From Thermoplasmata archaeon (GTDB lineage: Archaea > Thermoplasmatota > Thermoplasmata > Lutacidiplasmatales > UBA184): DNA of 64,000 nt. Positions within the stretch are counted from its first letter, which is position 1. The number at the start of each line of letters is the position of its first letter. Of the stretch, positions 40,227 to 50,500 are shown piece after piece. The stretch spans positions 86,918-150,917 of the forward strand of contig DASYYY010000021.1 of NCBI GenBank assembly GCA_035933635.1. The letters run 5' to 3'. Below the pieces are notes generated by a model, which did no database searches, was not told where the DNA came from, and was given only the letters and a program-made list of their open reading frames with translations. A program made the translations under genes and the position numbers.

Positions 40227-40424
40227 TCAGCCCTCCATCGCCTTGCGGACGCGGTCGGCCTGCGACGACTCGCGGGGGATTAGGACGAGGACGTCGCCGA
40301 ACAGCAGCTCGACGTGCTGCCCCTTCCGTATCCCGTTGCCTTCAGCGAACGCTTTCGGCAGATGGAGGAGCTTTGCGCCCGTACCACCCACCTCGCCGAT
40401 TCGCGCGCTCTGACGGCTTGGCAT
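40227..40424 (-). CDS. AbrB/SpoVT/MazE-like swapped-hairpin DNA-binding protein
   Basis: LHLPKAFAEGNGIRKGQHVELLFGDVLVLIP resembles the SpoVT_AbrB domain. First gene of the replication-module operon. Confidence 0.5.
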   Translation of the reverse strand: MPSRQSARIGEVGGTGAKLLHLPKAFAEGNGIRKGQHVELLFGDVLVLIPRESSQADRVRKAMEG

Positions 40425-40473
40425 GCCCTTGGGCAGACACTGATGTACCCTATAAGGCTCACAACGATGTGAG

Positions 40474-41526
40474 TTGGGGGGCCCCGCTCACATGTCGAAG
40501 AGAATCCTAGACCCATGGGACCCGCACGGGTCGCCCGAACGAAAGCGCAGGGCGGTGCCTTCAGAGGCCCGAGCGCTCGTCATTGACCTGCTCGAGGAGT
40601 TGACCCCACGACGACATTCGCCCAACGATCCCATTCCGATTGGGCTGATGCTTGACGAATCCGAGCGGTGGGTCGGGAGCGGACGCTGGAAGTACGGGCC
40701 GCCCGCCGGGCGCCATACGCTCGAGGTCCGGATCCTCCGCGCGATGGCCCCGCTGATTTCAGAGGGGCGAGTGCGCCGCATCGAAGGTCACGGATTCCTC
40801 CTCGCCGGAGCTGAATCTGCCGACCGGGCTCTCGAACGAGCAATACAACGTCTCCAATGGGTCCGTGACGCGCTCAAGCTACCGAAGGCCGAACGGGGTA
40901 CGTGGGCCGGGTCCGCCTGGACCTATGCGACCTGGGCCTTCGTCGACGCGATTCCACTCGTGGAGGATCGAGTCTCCGATGAGATGGAGAAGTGGAAGCG
41001 AGAGCGAACCACCCTTCGCCGAGTCGATGACGATCCGATGAATGCACACCTGGAAGCGACGCTACGCGGATCAAATCTAAGCGTCCCTGACGCGATTCGC
41101 GAGATGGGCCAGGAGATCTTCGCCTCCGGCCTGAAGCACCAGCTCGCACCGAAGTGTGAGCTATGTCAACGCGATTTGCCTCATGAAGGGAAGGCTACGG
41201 ATTTTCACGAGGCGATCGAATCGAGGTTGAAGCTCGTCGAGGGGTTCGACCCGACCGCGCACGGTCACTCCCCGTGCGGGGAACAGTGCAACGCCTTCTG
41301 GCTTCTGGATTACCTCAGGCACGGGATGAGGGAAGCCCCGCCGCAGTGGGCGAAGGAGCTACCGCCTGCACCGCCGGCGCCCTTACTACCGCTTGGTTCT
41401 CGTCCAGCCGCGACACAAACTCCCACCCCTCGGCGAGCATGGCGCCGACTTCGCAAATCGGGACCGCCTTCTGAGCTGGTCTTACGGGCGCGGCGGAAGC
41501 GAGGAACTTCCCGAAGATCGCCTTGA
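40474..41526 (+). CDS. Hypothetical protein (element-encoded). C-terminal ~200 nt overlap the integrase gene on the opposite strand
   Basis: Non-repetitive sequence up to about residue 285, then a Pro/Arg-rich tail. Likely start is MSKRIL (40492). No family recognised. Confidence 0.3.
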   Translation: MGGPAHMSKRILDPWDPHGSPERKRRAVPSEARALVIDLLEELTPRRHSPNDPIPIGLMLDESERWVGSGRWKYGPPAGRHTLEVRILRAMAPLISEGRVRRIEGHGFLLAGAESADRALERAIQRLQWVRDALKLPKAERGTWAGSAWTYATWAFVDAIPLVEDRVSDEMEKWKRERTTLRRVDDDPMNAHLEATLRGSNLSVPDAIREMGQEIFASGLKHQLAPKCELCQRDLPHEGKATDFHEAIESRLKLVEGFDPTAHGHSPCGEQCNAFWLLDYLRHGMREAPPQWAKELPPAPPAPLLPLGSRPAATQTPTPRRAWRRLRKSGPPSELVLRARRKRGTSRRSP

Positions 41527-42622
41527 GCTCGTCCTCGGATTTCTCAGCGAGGTCGAGCTTATCCAACTCACCCTGCGGCATCCCCCGGGCTGAGAGTAGT
41601 GCCTTGAGGACCTTGTTGACACCATCATCCGCCCCGGACTTGGTGGGGACGGTCGAAAGAAACGGCTCGCACCGCTTGTAGGCGGCCCTCTGGTCCTCGA
41701 CCATAGATGCCGGGAGGTTCGGTCTCCCGGTCGTGTAGTGTCGCGCGGTCACGTCCCCGGTGTGTCCCGACCAGAACTCGACGTACCTATCCGAAACTTT
41801 CCCCGCGTTCGCCGCCTCGAGGCAGCGAGAGAAGAAGTAAGAGCGAAGGGCGTAGGGGCGGGCCCCGATTCCAGCAGCGCGGAGGGCCTGGCGCGCCCGG
41901 TCGCCCACGTTGATCGTCGTCATGAACCGCTTGATGCTCTTCGACGGCGACACTAGGTCTGTCTCCTTGTCGATCTTCTCTCCTCCAAGCGCTCTCTCCT
42001 CGAGGTGCTGCTTGAGGTACTCGCAGCCCTCCGTCCCCAGGAACGTAAAGTAAGCGTGCCCGGCTTTCGACGAGGTGGAACGAACCTTCACCAAGGCCGG
42101 GACCTTCTCGATTTGGACGGTCTTCGCATGGATCGAGAGCCCTTCGATGTCGCCAACTCGGAGCCCATCCGTGCCATCGTACGAGCCCAGCACCTGCGGT
42201 CGAAGCCCGCTGAAAGCCATCAGAGCGATTACGACGCGCTGCCCCGGGTTGGCTGCAAGGACAGCCTTCCGAAGCTGTTCCGGTGTGATCGGGTCCTCCC
42301 GTTCGACCCGCGGATGCGACCTCTCGTTGGGGACCTTCAGACCTCTTGGGAGTTCCTTCTCATTGTAAGCTAACCAGCTCCGTAGCGCTTTGAGTGTAGT
42401 CCGGACATACTCTCCTGAGTGCTTCGCCCTGCGTTCTTCTTCGAGGTAGTCCTCCAACTGCACCCGGAGCCGATCCTTTGAGACTTCGGCGAGAGTTTCC
42501 GGGTCGGTCTTCATCTGGCGACAGAATGCCTCGATCCGCCGTCGGCTCACGTCAGCGTAGAGCTGCGATCCGCGGGCAACATTTCGGTGCCAGCGGTCAA
42601 ACTTCTCTGACGGATTGGCCAT
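41315..42622 (-). CDS. Tyrosine recombinase/integrase
   Basis: ALMAFSGLRPQVL (box I Arg) and WSGHTGDVTARHYTT (HxxR...Y box II). 45 nt from the 3' end of tRNA-Ile. Confidence 0.85.
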   Translation of the reverse strand: MANPSEKFDRWHRNVARGSQLYADVSRRRIEAFCRQMKTDPETLAEVSKDRLRVQLEDYLEEERRAKHSGEYVRTTLKALRSWLAYNEKELPRGLKVPNERSHPRVEREDPITPEQLRKAVLAANPGQRVVIALMAFSGLRPQVLGSYDGTDGLRVGDIEGLSIHAKTVQIEKVPALVKVRSTSSKAGHAYFTFLGTEGCEYLKQHLEERALGGEKIDKETDLVSPSKSIKRFMTTINVGDRARQALRAAGIGARPYALRSYFFSRCLEAANAGKVSDRYVEFWSGHTGDVTARHYTTGRPNLPASMVEDQRAAYKRCEPFLSTVPTKSGADDGVNKVLKALLSARGMPQGELDKLDLAEKSEDELKAIFGKFLASAAPVRPAQKAVPICEVGAMLAEGWEFVSRLDENQAVVRAPAVQAVAPSPTAAGLPSSRA

Positions 42623-42667
42623 GGCCTCGATAGGCCCAGCGCGTGTGGGTTAAAATGGGTTCCTACT

Positions 42668-42742
42668 TGGGCCCAGTCGGATTTGAACCGACGACCTCCC
42701 GGTTATCAGCCGGGTGCTCCAGCCAACCTAAGCTATGGGCCC
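42668..42742 (-). tRNA. tRNA-Ile (anticodon GAU)
   Basis: Manually folded 75-nt cloverleaf: 7-bp acceptor stem GGGCCCA/UGGGCCC, D-stem GCUU/GAGC, anticodon stem CCCGG/CCGGG with loop CUGAUAA, T-stem GUCGG/CCGAC with loop UUCAAAU, discriminator A. CCA is not encoded. Confidence 0.85.
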
Positions 42743-42992
42743 ATTGCGTCGCAGTTCGTGCTGCGGCGCGGGGCCCACGAACGCCCTCCTACTAAATTCA
42801 ATCCCCTCAATCGAACCCGATTCCTCTCGGGGCCGGAGGGGTTCTCACCGAGGCTGGTCGCGGGATTCGTGGGCTCATCGCCGGCCGCGAAGAGGTGTGG
42901 AGAGGTGCCGCCCGCCAGCCTCGTCGAGTCTGTAGCCTTGTTACTCTGACCGGGACCCGAACGCGGCTCGGGCCGGACGTCGACCGATCGAT

Positions 42993-44066
42993 CTAGCTCT
43001 TCGCTAGCGCGCGCAGCGCTCCGAGCTGTTGGGCCTTCGAGCCGATCTCCTCCGTATTGGCCCATTGGTCGACGGACCCGACGCCGCCCAACGAGCAGAG
43101 CCGGCGATCGCGGATCGACGCTCGGATGATCTTGGCAAACCCTCCGGCGTGGATGATCCGGTAGGGGCGATCGTGAAAGCGGGAGACTTGGACCGGCAGC
43201 GAAATCGTGAGTCGGAGGGAGTTCTGCTTCCTCGCGACTACCTCGTAGGCGCGCGAGAGGGCACGCTCGCGGGACAAAGGCTCCGTGGCCTCCAAGGCCC
43301 TGAGGAGCGGCGGAAGTAGGATGGGCGCGATGCGGAGTCCGCGGAACGCCGTCCCCAGCCACTTGCTGTACGGAATGTACCTGCGTTCCTGAAAGAACGC
43401 GAGGCGAACCACCTCGCGTACTTGTCGTGCGGTAATCACCCGAGCACCGAGTTCGTCGCGAACGGCCCCGGCTCGGCCTGCGAACGCCTCCTCCTCGGCG
43501 ATCCGGGACCACTGGGCCGCCAGCAGATGTAGCCACACGTCCCGAGGGAAGTAGACCAGCCGAGATCGCGTGCGTTCGAGCCCGATCAGGTCATGGTAGA
43601 TCGGTCCACGGACCACGGAGAGGAGCTTCTGCTGGGGCAAGATGAGCCAGTCCAATGGGCGAAGTTTGCGCGAGACATCGACGTGCAAGTAGGACGAGAA
43701 GAACTCTGGAATCGACCCGACCCAGACGATCGGAGTACCGTTCGGATCCCGCACTCGAACTCCATCTGCGTCCGCTTCGGAGAACCTCGCCACCAGTCCG
43801 CCGAAGGTAGGGGGGAGTTCCCTCCGTAGGGTGCGGAGTATTCGCGGTCGAAAGCGACGGACTTCGTCTGCACGAAGGAACAACTGGGCTCGCGGACCCC
43901 AGTCGTGGTCTCGCGAGATTTCCGTATCGTATCCTAAGACCTCGGATCCCGGACCAAGTAATGCCGCGCTGTACCTGAGCCCCGGGAATCGGGACCGGAG
44001 GATAGGCGCCACGGCCCCACGGTAGTACCTTCGGTTGAATTCCCGACCCGGGACAAACGCGGCCAC
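42993..44066 (-). CDS. Hypothetical protein (357 aa)
   Basis: Non-repetitive ORF. No confident family assignment. Confidence 0.45.
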   Translation of the reverse strand: MAAFVPGREFNRRYYRGAVAPILRSRFPGLRYSAALLGPGSEVLGYDTEISRDHDWGPRAQLFLRADEVRRFRPRILRTLRRELPPTFGGLVARFSEADADGVRVRDPNGTPIVWVGSIPEFFSSYLHVDVSRKLRPLDWLILPQQKLLSVVRGPIYHDLIGLERTRSRLVYFPRDVWLHLLAAQWSRIAEEEAFAGRAGAVRDELGARVITARQVREVVRLAFFQERRYIPYSKWLGTAFRGLRIAPILLPPLLRALEATEPLSRERALSRAYEVVARKQNSLRLTISLPVQVSRFHDRPYRIIHAGGFAKIIRASIRDRRLCSLGGVGSVDQWANTEEIGSKAQQLGALRALAKS

Positions 44067-44177
44067 TGCCGGCAGAATCTGTCGTGGCCGATAATCCTGT
44101 CATCGCCGGCGGAAACGGGGGATCGACTCCCCGGCGTGCGCGCACCCTTATCCGCAAGCGATCCACCCCACCAATCC

Positions 44178-44588
44178 ATGCTCGATCACGTGATTCTCCC
44201 GGTGCCCAACGTCAGCCGGTCCGTCGCGTTTTACGAAGCCGCTCTGGCGCCCCTCGGCGTCCTTCAGCGAGCCGATTTCGAGGGCCGGGACGGCCCGAAG
44301 GGCCATCCCGACCTCAAAGGGTTCGGGTTCAGCGGACGTTACTTTCTCTGGTTGCGGGAGGGTAGATCTCAGGCGGATCATCTTCGCCTGGGCATCACCG
44401 CGGCCGATCGCGCGGCGGTCGATGCGGCCTTCGCGGTCGCGATACAAGCGGGGGCCACGGTAGAGACCCCCCCAGGCGTGCGTGGCTACTACGACCCGCG
44501 CTACTACGCCGCGAATGTGTTCGACCCAGACGGTTACAGTCTCGAATTCGTCCACAAGAGCTGGCAACACCCGGCTATCGACAGATAG
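44178..44588 (+). CDS. VOC (glyoxalase/bleomycin-resistance/dioxygenase) family protein
   Basis: MLDHVILPVPNVSRSVAFYEAALAPLG... is the typical VOC N-terminal motif. Internal ATG chosen over the ORF-track start. Confidence 0.6.
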   Translation: MLDHVILPVPNVSRSVAFYEAALAPLGVLQRADFEGRDGPKGHPDLKGFGFSGRYFLWLREGRSQADHLRLGITAADRAAVDAAFAVAIQAGATVETPPGVRGYYDPRYYAANVFDPDGYSLEFVHKSWQHPAIDR

Positions 44589-44616
44589 GTCTCGACGATG
44601 AGGCGATACTCGGGGA

Positions 44617-45186
44617 GTGCGTACGAAGTCGGTGGCTAGCTGGTCCACTCCCCCGGAGGGACGTTCGGGACGGGCCGTTATCCTTCGGGGCCCGCTGGGC
44701 GCGGGCAAGTCTACGATCGCCCGAACGCTCGCCCTCCGAACGCGGGGGAAGGTGGTCTCCATCGATGCCATCCTCGAGACGATGCGCTGGGATGGCGGTT
44801 CCTTCCGACTTTTCCTCCGGGCCAACATCGCGGCGGCGCGACTGGCCCGCCCCCATCTGAGGGACGGCCGCACGGTGATCTTCGATGGGAACTTCTACTG
44901 GCAGCGTGCGATCGACGACCTGCGGCGACGTCTCGGGTGCCCGATGGCGGTGGTGACCCTACGGCTCCCGCTCCGCCTGTGCATCGAGCGCGACCGCGCC
45001 CGCGCACAGCCGTACGGGGCTGAAGCTGCCCGAGCGGTCTTTGCGAAGTCGCGCCGCGTCTCGTCCGGCGTGAAGGTCGACGCGCGAGGCACGGTCGACC
45101 AGGTGGCGGACCGCGTCTTGGCCGTCATCCGAGACTCGGCCCGGTACGCTCAACCCATGGTTCGGGCCCGGCCGCGACCCTCTTAG
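44617..45186 (+). CDS. P-loop NTPase/kinase (AAA_33-like)
   Basis: RAVILRGPLGAGKSTIARTLA Walker A. Small, 189 aa. Confidence 0.55.
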   Translation: MRTKSVASWSTPPEGRSGRAVILRGPLGAGKSTIARTLALRTRGKVVSIDAILETMRWDGGSFRLFLRANIAAARLARPHLRDGRTVIFDGNFYWQRAIDDLRRRLGCPMAVVTLRLPLRLCIERDRARAQPYGAEAARAVFAKSRRVSSGVKVDARGTVDQVADRVLAVIRDSARYAQPMVRARPRPS

Positions 45187-45382
45187 GAACGCGAAGGCGT
45201 CCCGCGAGATAGGCGGCGCATTCGCGGCCGGGAGTATCGAGCGTGCGAAACGAACGGGGATGGGCCCGGGTGGAGGAGGCGCGACGCCTGCCACATCCAG
45301 GGCTTCGGAACCACGACTCGGATGGCCCGAGTCACACGACGAGCCCCCTTGCACGCGACCCGCGTCGTCGGAGTGGGGACTG

Positions 45383-46810
45383 ATGGCCGAGGACGCCCGT
45401 TACGTGCGAACGCCGATCACCGAGGAATCCGCCGACCAACGGCGAACGACCTTCGGGGAGATCCAGCTGCCGTACCTGCCGGAGGAGGCGGTGCTCGAGG
45501 GCCAGCGTTGCCTGCAATGCGCTCTCCCGTTCTGCGTCGAGGCTTGCCCCATCACCCAAGACTGTCGCGGCTACATCCGGCTCGTCGGGGAGCGGAAGTT
45601 CGACGAGGCCGCGAAGCTCACGCTGCGCGAAAATCCCCTCGCGATGACCCTGTGCAAGGTCTGTTACCACTATTGCGAGGACTCGTGCATCATGGGCGAG
45701 CGGGGCGTGCCGATCGCGATCCGTCAACTGAAGCGGGCGGCGATGGAGCTCGGGAGCTGCAACCTTCTCTACGTTCCCAGCGCTCCGCGCAATCAACGCA
45801 TCGCCATCGTCGGTGGCGGCCCAGCCGGGCTAATGGCGGCCTGGGAGCTCGGGATCCGCGGCTACTCGGTCACAGTCTTCGAGGAGGAGGAGTACCTCGG
45901 TGGCCAGGTAGCGACCATCCCGAAGTACCACATGGACGGCCGGGAGTTCGCGCTGGACGTCGCCCGCTTCCGCAACCTCGATGTGACGTTCTCGATGGGC
46001 AAACGCGCCGGCTCAGACTTCGATCCGGTGGCGCTGCTGCAGCAGGGCTATCGAGCAGTCTATCTCGCCGTTGGCACCACCTTCCACAACTCCCTCGGCA
46101 TCCCGGGCGAAGACCTGCCCGGCGTCTACCCGGCGATCTCGTTGCTGCGCGCGCTGAACCGCGGTCCTCCGGTGAAGCTCGGGCAGAAGATCGTCGTCGT
46201 GGGCGGCGGGGACGTGGCGATGGACGCTGTCCGCTCGGCACTCCGACTCGCCCCCCAAGGAATGGTCGAGCTCGTCTACCGCAAGGGTCGCGAGCAGATG
46301 AGCGCCGGGAGCGAGGAGCTGACCGAGGGCGACGAGGAGCGCGTCCATCTAGTGTTCGAACGGTCCCCCAAGAGGGTCCTCGGGGAGGACCGGGTCCAGG
46401 GCCTCGTGGTCCAGCAGATGCAGCTCGGCCCCCCGGGCGCGGGGGGCGTCCGCCCGCTGCTTCCCGTGCCGGGAACCGAGGAGACGATCGCATGCGACAC
46501 GGTCATCGTGGCCGTGGGGGAGCGTACCGACCTGACGGGATTCCCCCCGGAACTGGACCTCAAGATGCGCCCGAACGGCTGGCCGGAAGGGAAGAACCCC
46601 GACTCGATGACCGCGGTCGAAGGGATCTTCGCCTCCGGGGGAAAGTCCGTGGTGTATGCAATGTCGGCGGGGAGCCGCTCGGCCCAGGCGATCGATGCCT
46701 ACCTCTGCAAGAAGGAGGGCCGGACACCCGGCCCGCGCCCGGACCCCTTCGGGGAAGGAGGGGCCACCGGGCCCCCGAAGGTCTACTCCGGCCCCACCTG
46801 GCATTTGTAG
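45383..46810 (+). CDS. NADPH-dependent glutamate synthase small-subunit-like (GltD family) FAD/NAD(P) oxidoreductase with N-terminal Fe-S cluster
   Basis: CLQCALPFCVEACPITQDC Fe-S motif. IAIVGGGPAGLMAAWEL (FAD) and KIVVVGGGDVAMDAV (NAD(P)). Start MAEDARYV (45383). The 735-aa ORF 45322..47529 is a different frame over this region. Confidence 0.8.
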   Translation: MAEDARYVRTPITEESADQRRTTFGEIQLPYLPEEAVLEGQRCLQCALPFCVEACPITQDCRGYIRLVGERKFDEAAKLTLRENPLAMTLCKVCYHYCEDSCIMGERGVPIAIRQLKRAAMELGSCNLLYVPSAPRNQRIAIVGGGPAGLMAAWELGIRGYSVTVFEEEEYLGGQVATIPKYHMDGREFALDVARFRNLDVTFSMGKRAGSDFDPVALLQQGYRAVYLAVGTTFHNSLGIPGEDLPGVYPAISLLRALNRGPPVKLGQKIVVVGGGDVAMDAVRSALRLAPQGMVELVYRKGREQMSAGSEELTEGDEERVHLVFERSPKRVLGEDRVQGLVVQQMQLGPPGAGGVRPLLPVPGTEETIACDTVIVAVGERTDLTGFPPELDLKMRPNGWPEGKNPDSMTAVEGIFASGGKSVVYAMSAGSRSAQAIDAYLCKKEGRTPGPRPDPFGEGGATGPPKVYSGPTWHL

Positions 46811-46941
46811 TCCTCCGGCCGTCGCAGTTTTCCGGCCGACTCTGGAAGGAATCCCTGACTCTCACGCCCCCTGTGCGGTGGGCGACCCATCCGTCGCATT
46901 CTTGGCCTCGCCCGGCCGTACATACACCGAACTGGAGCTCG

Positions 46942-47529
46942 ATGTCGCGTCGAAACCGCCCGGGACGGGCCGCGGACCGGGAGGACGCCTCCCCCCCAGG
47001 TGCCGGGTCGAAGCCGGGCATTCGAAGAGGCGTTGTGGTCCTCCTCGTCGTGGCCGTCGCGGTGATCGCCGCCGTCGCCGTTTACGAGGTCCTCGAGCTG
47101 AGGAATCTATCGAAGCCTTCACGAGGTGGCGGTGGAGAGAACTCCACAAGTCCCTCGGGCACGATCCTGGTGGCCAACGGTACGACTTGGCCGATCGGGC
47201 CGCGCCACTACGAGGGTAGCTGGTTCAATATCGACTACACATCGGAGGTCCAAGGGACGTTCCGGTCCTCCACCCTGGTGACGGGGTACATCCTCCCTTC
47301 CGGTGCATTCGTCGGTTACGCCGGTGCGAACTCGAGCTACGGGGCCGTCCCGGCCTCCGGGTCCCCGAGCCCCAACAACTGGACCTCGGGAAGTTCCATG
47401 GGAGGTTACATCGACACCTTCCTCGATCCCGGGGAGTACGAGATCTTCTTCGTGAACGCCAACTCCAGCGCGACGGCCTCCCTCGGCATGACGAGCGACC
47501 TGATCGCTTCGACCGAGTCGGTCGGCTAG
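46942..47529 (+). CDS. Small membrane-anchored extracellular protein, sequon-rich
   Basis: N-terminal TM GVVVLLVVAVAVIAAVAVY. Six N-x-S/T sequons in 195 aa. Represents the 3' part of ORF 45322..47529 after an internal ATG. Confidence 0.45.
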   Translation: MSRRNRPGRAADREDASPPGAGSKPGIRRGVVVLLVVAVAVIAAVAVYEVLELRNLSKPSRGGGGENSTSPSGTILVANGTTWPIGPRHYEGSWFNIDYTSEVQGTFRSSTLVTGYILPSGAFVGYAGANSSYGAVPASGSPSPNNWTSGSSMGGYIDTFLDPGEYEIFFVNANSSATASLGMTSDLIASTESVG

Positions 47530-47560
47530 AACTGCGCGGGTCCGACTTCGGCGGCGGCGA

Positions 47561-50500
47561 TCACGCGGCGCGAGGTCGCCCGCGGGTCGGCCGCGGGACC
47601 CGGCGCCGGTGGTCCGCGACCACCAGCGCGAGCGGGGCCGTCGCGTTGTGTCCCGTGGCGTCGACCACCGTCACGGACAGACGGAACAGGCCGGTCTGGT
47701 TCGGCACGCACGTCAACACGGCCACCGGCAGCGCAGCACAGCCACCGGGCAGTCCGGACCACGTGTACTGGTACCCCCCAGCCCCCCCCACGGCCAGCGC
47801 CGTGAGGTTGAGCGGGGCCCCCAATGTCGCCGGGGTCGACCACACGAACGGACCTCGGACGCTGAGCGGCGCGCCGGGCCCGGTCAGGTAGCGCACGAAG
47901 GAGAACTGCATGCCGTGGGCGATCCCGGTCAGGGGGCTCGGGTCGACGCTGGCGATGCTGATCCAGGGCGCGGTCGCGACGAGCTCGGCCCGTTGGCCGG
48001 CGTAGAGGTACAGGGCCAGGTCGTTCGCCACGGTCTCGATCTGACCGTACAGCACACCCCGTCGCGGTCCTGGGGGGATCGTATCGGCCTGGTGGATCCC
48101 GACCACCATCGAGGCGTAGGCAGCCCCCTGGCAGCTGTTCGGGATGGGCGAGGTCGAGTTCGCCCAGTAGCCGAGCGAGGTCGAACAGTTCGTGGCGTTG
48201 AAGAGCTGGAGTCGCTCGGCGAGCGCGCTCGAGGCGGTGTAGAACGTGTCGGGCAGGTAGAGCGGGTCGACCGAATCGGAGGGGTCGGCGTAGTCCACCG
48301 CCGCGCTCAATCCGGTCGTGACGAACGGACCCAGCCCGCCGGGCCCGGAATAGAGCGTGTCGGCGGTCAACCGTGCCGCGCTCTCATTGCGCAGGACGGG
48401 GAGGAGCGACCGATTGGAGAGCGACTCGATCGAGGCGACCCACATCTTGTCGGACTGCCCGGCGGCAGTGGCGTTGGTCGGGTAGGTCACCAGGAAGGAG
48501 CAGGGTGAGAGGGGCGTGCAGACCGGGCCGACCATCGGGTCGTGAGCGGTCTGGTTCCACCACCAGGCCGCCCCACCGACGTCGGCCGGATTGGTGTCCG
48601 GATTGCCGCTCGGCCAGGCGATCCCTTGGGGTGTGGACGGGCCGAGGAACTGCGGGATGGCCCCGCCGTCGAGGAACCGGCTGCTGAGCCCGGCGACGCC
48701 GAACGCGTAGGTCATCGCCGAATCGTAGGGGAAGGCGTGGACCAGGAACTGGCGCAGGTTGACGTCGTCCAGGAGCGTGCTCGGAGCGGTGAGGTTCTGC
48801 CCGGCGAGTCCGGCGGCGCGGGTCGCGTTGGACCAGAGGTTGAGCGGGTCGAAGTAGGTCGTCAGCGAGGGGAATTCGTCGATCCCGACGAGCCCCTGGG
48901 TGACGTCACTGACGAGCATGGTCGTCCCGTTCGGCGGCAGCGTGGCGAGGTCGGAGCTGCCTGTGACAATGGCGGCTTGCACCGCACCCGGGGTCGTCGC
49001 CCAAGTGACGTTGACCTGCGGGACGAAGGCTCCCTTCGCGGGAAGACAGCCGGGGGCGGTGCAGACCGCGACGGTCGACCAGCTCGGGTTCGTTCGGAGG
49101 ACATAGCCCACCCCCCAGGTCTCCCGGGCCAGGTAGTACGGTCCGCTCCCGACCATCGCCTGGAGCGCCCGGCCATGGCTCGGGTAGATCGAGCCGTTGA
49201 GCTCCCAACTGTCGAAGCCGGTCGCCGGGACGGTCGAGACCGCCACGCCGTATCCTGAGGATCCGGGCGCAGCACACGGCGCGTCGCCCGCCCCGCTCAC
49301 ATTGCCGAGGGTCCAGTAGGGAATCCCCAGACCCTGGGCCGCCGCACTGAACCAGCCGCAGGAGACGATCGATGCGCCGACCGGGCTGGCAAGGACCTCC
49401 AGGGCCGTACGGAAGCCCGGGGAGAGCGAGGTGTGGGGGAACTGCAAGGTGACGCACCCCCGCTGACCGGCGGCCATCGCCGCCTTCGGACACAGGCCCG
49501 ACGCGTTGAGGGTAATCGAGCCGTACATCCAGCGCGGAGTGTTGTTGACCGGCAGGTGGGCCGCGCCATCCCACGAGTAGCTGCCCGCGGGCAGCAGCCC
49601 TTGGCTGACCATCCAGCCTCCGTTGCACTCCCAGCAGGGCGAATTGGCGAGCGCCATCGTCCGGATCAGCGAGAACAGCACGTCGGTGGGCCAGACGCCC
49701 CAGCTCGCCCCGGTGGCCGGGTCGTAGAACGCCGACCGGTTGTTGATCACGAAGGTGAGGTTGTCGCCCCGGGCGAGCGAGTTCCCGTAGAGCGAGATAC
49801 ATCGGCCGCTGCCGGGGACGCAGGTCGCCAGATCCGGCTCGAACGAAACCGGGCCGCGCCCCGTGGCGGAACCGTTGGCGAGGATCAGAGTCTGGTAGAC
49901 GTTCGCCATCGCCTCGGCGCCGGCGGGCTCGTAGTCGATCGCCGGGTCGAAGGAGGCCGCCCCTCCCGGGGCGTACTCCACGACACGCAGCGTCCCGTGA
50001 TGACCGGAGGCCGACCGAGGGGGCAGCAAGCCACCCAGGCCGCTCCCGACCACGATTGTGAAGGTGTAGTTGCTCCAGGCCAGGGACCAGTTGACCCCCA
50101 CGAGGGTCTTGGTCGGGAGCGTGTAGTTGAGCTCGTAGAATCCGGGTGGGGTCGTCGCGCCGAATCCGATCCGGACGCTGCTCGTTCCGTTCGGCTGGAG
50201 GAGGGGCGCGCTCAGCGTCCCGAACCCGACGGCGTTCTGGCTCTCGGAGAACCGGGGGACGAACTCGCGGGTCAGGTCGTTCGACGGGGGCAGGACGTCG
50301 GTGACCCGGACGGTGACGCTCCCCCCTGGCGCGACGTAGGGAGTGGCGAGAGTGCCCGTTGAGGAGTTCGAAGCGATCGATCCGGTCAACAGCGCCCGCA
50401 CCCCCGCCGGATCGCCGACGGTCGAGGGGAGCACCACGTACTCGAGCAGGTGCGCACGGCTATCGTGGATGTGGCCCGTTGCGTCGAGCGCCGTCGCGCA

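Noticed and set aside
40474-41526. Possibility that the 350-aa + strand ORF is an artefact of the integrase antisense strand
   Set aside because: Not fully rejected. The first ~285 aa lie outside the integrase gene and have ordinary composition, so it is kept as a low-confidence gene. Only the Pro/Arg-rich tail overlapping the integrase is doubtful.
45322-46941. N-terminal ~540 aa of the 735-aa ORF 45322..47529
   Set aside because: Arg/Gly/Pro-rich alternate frame over the GltD-like gene (45383..46810), which has clear Fe-S and FAD/NAD motifs. Only the part after the internal ATG (46942) looks genuine.
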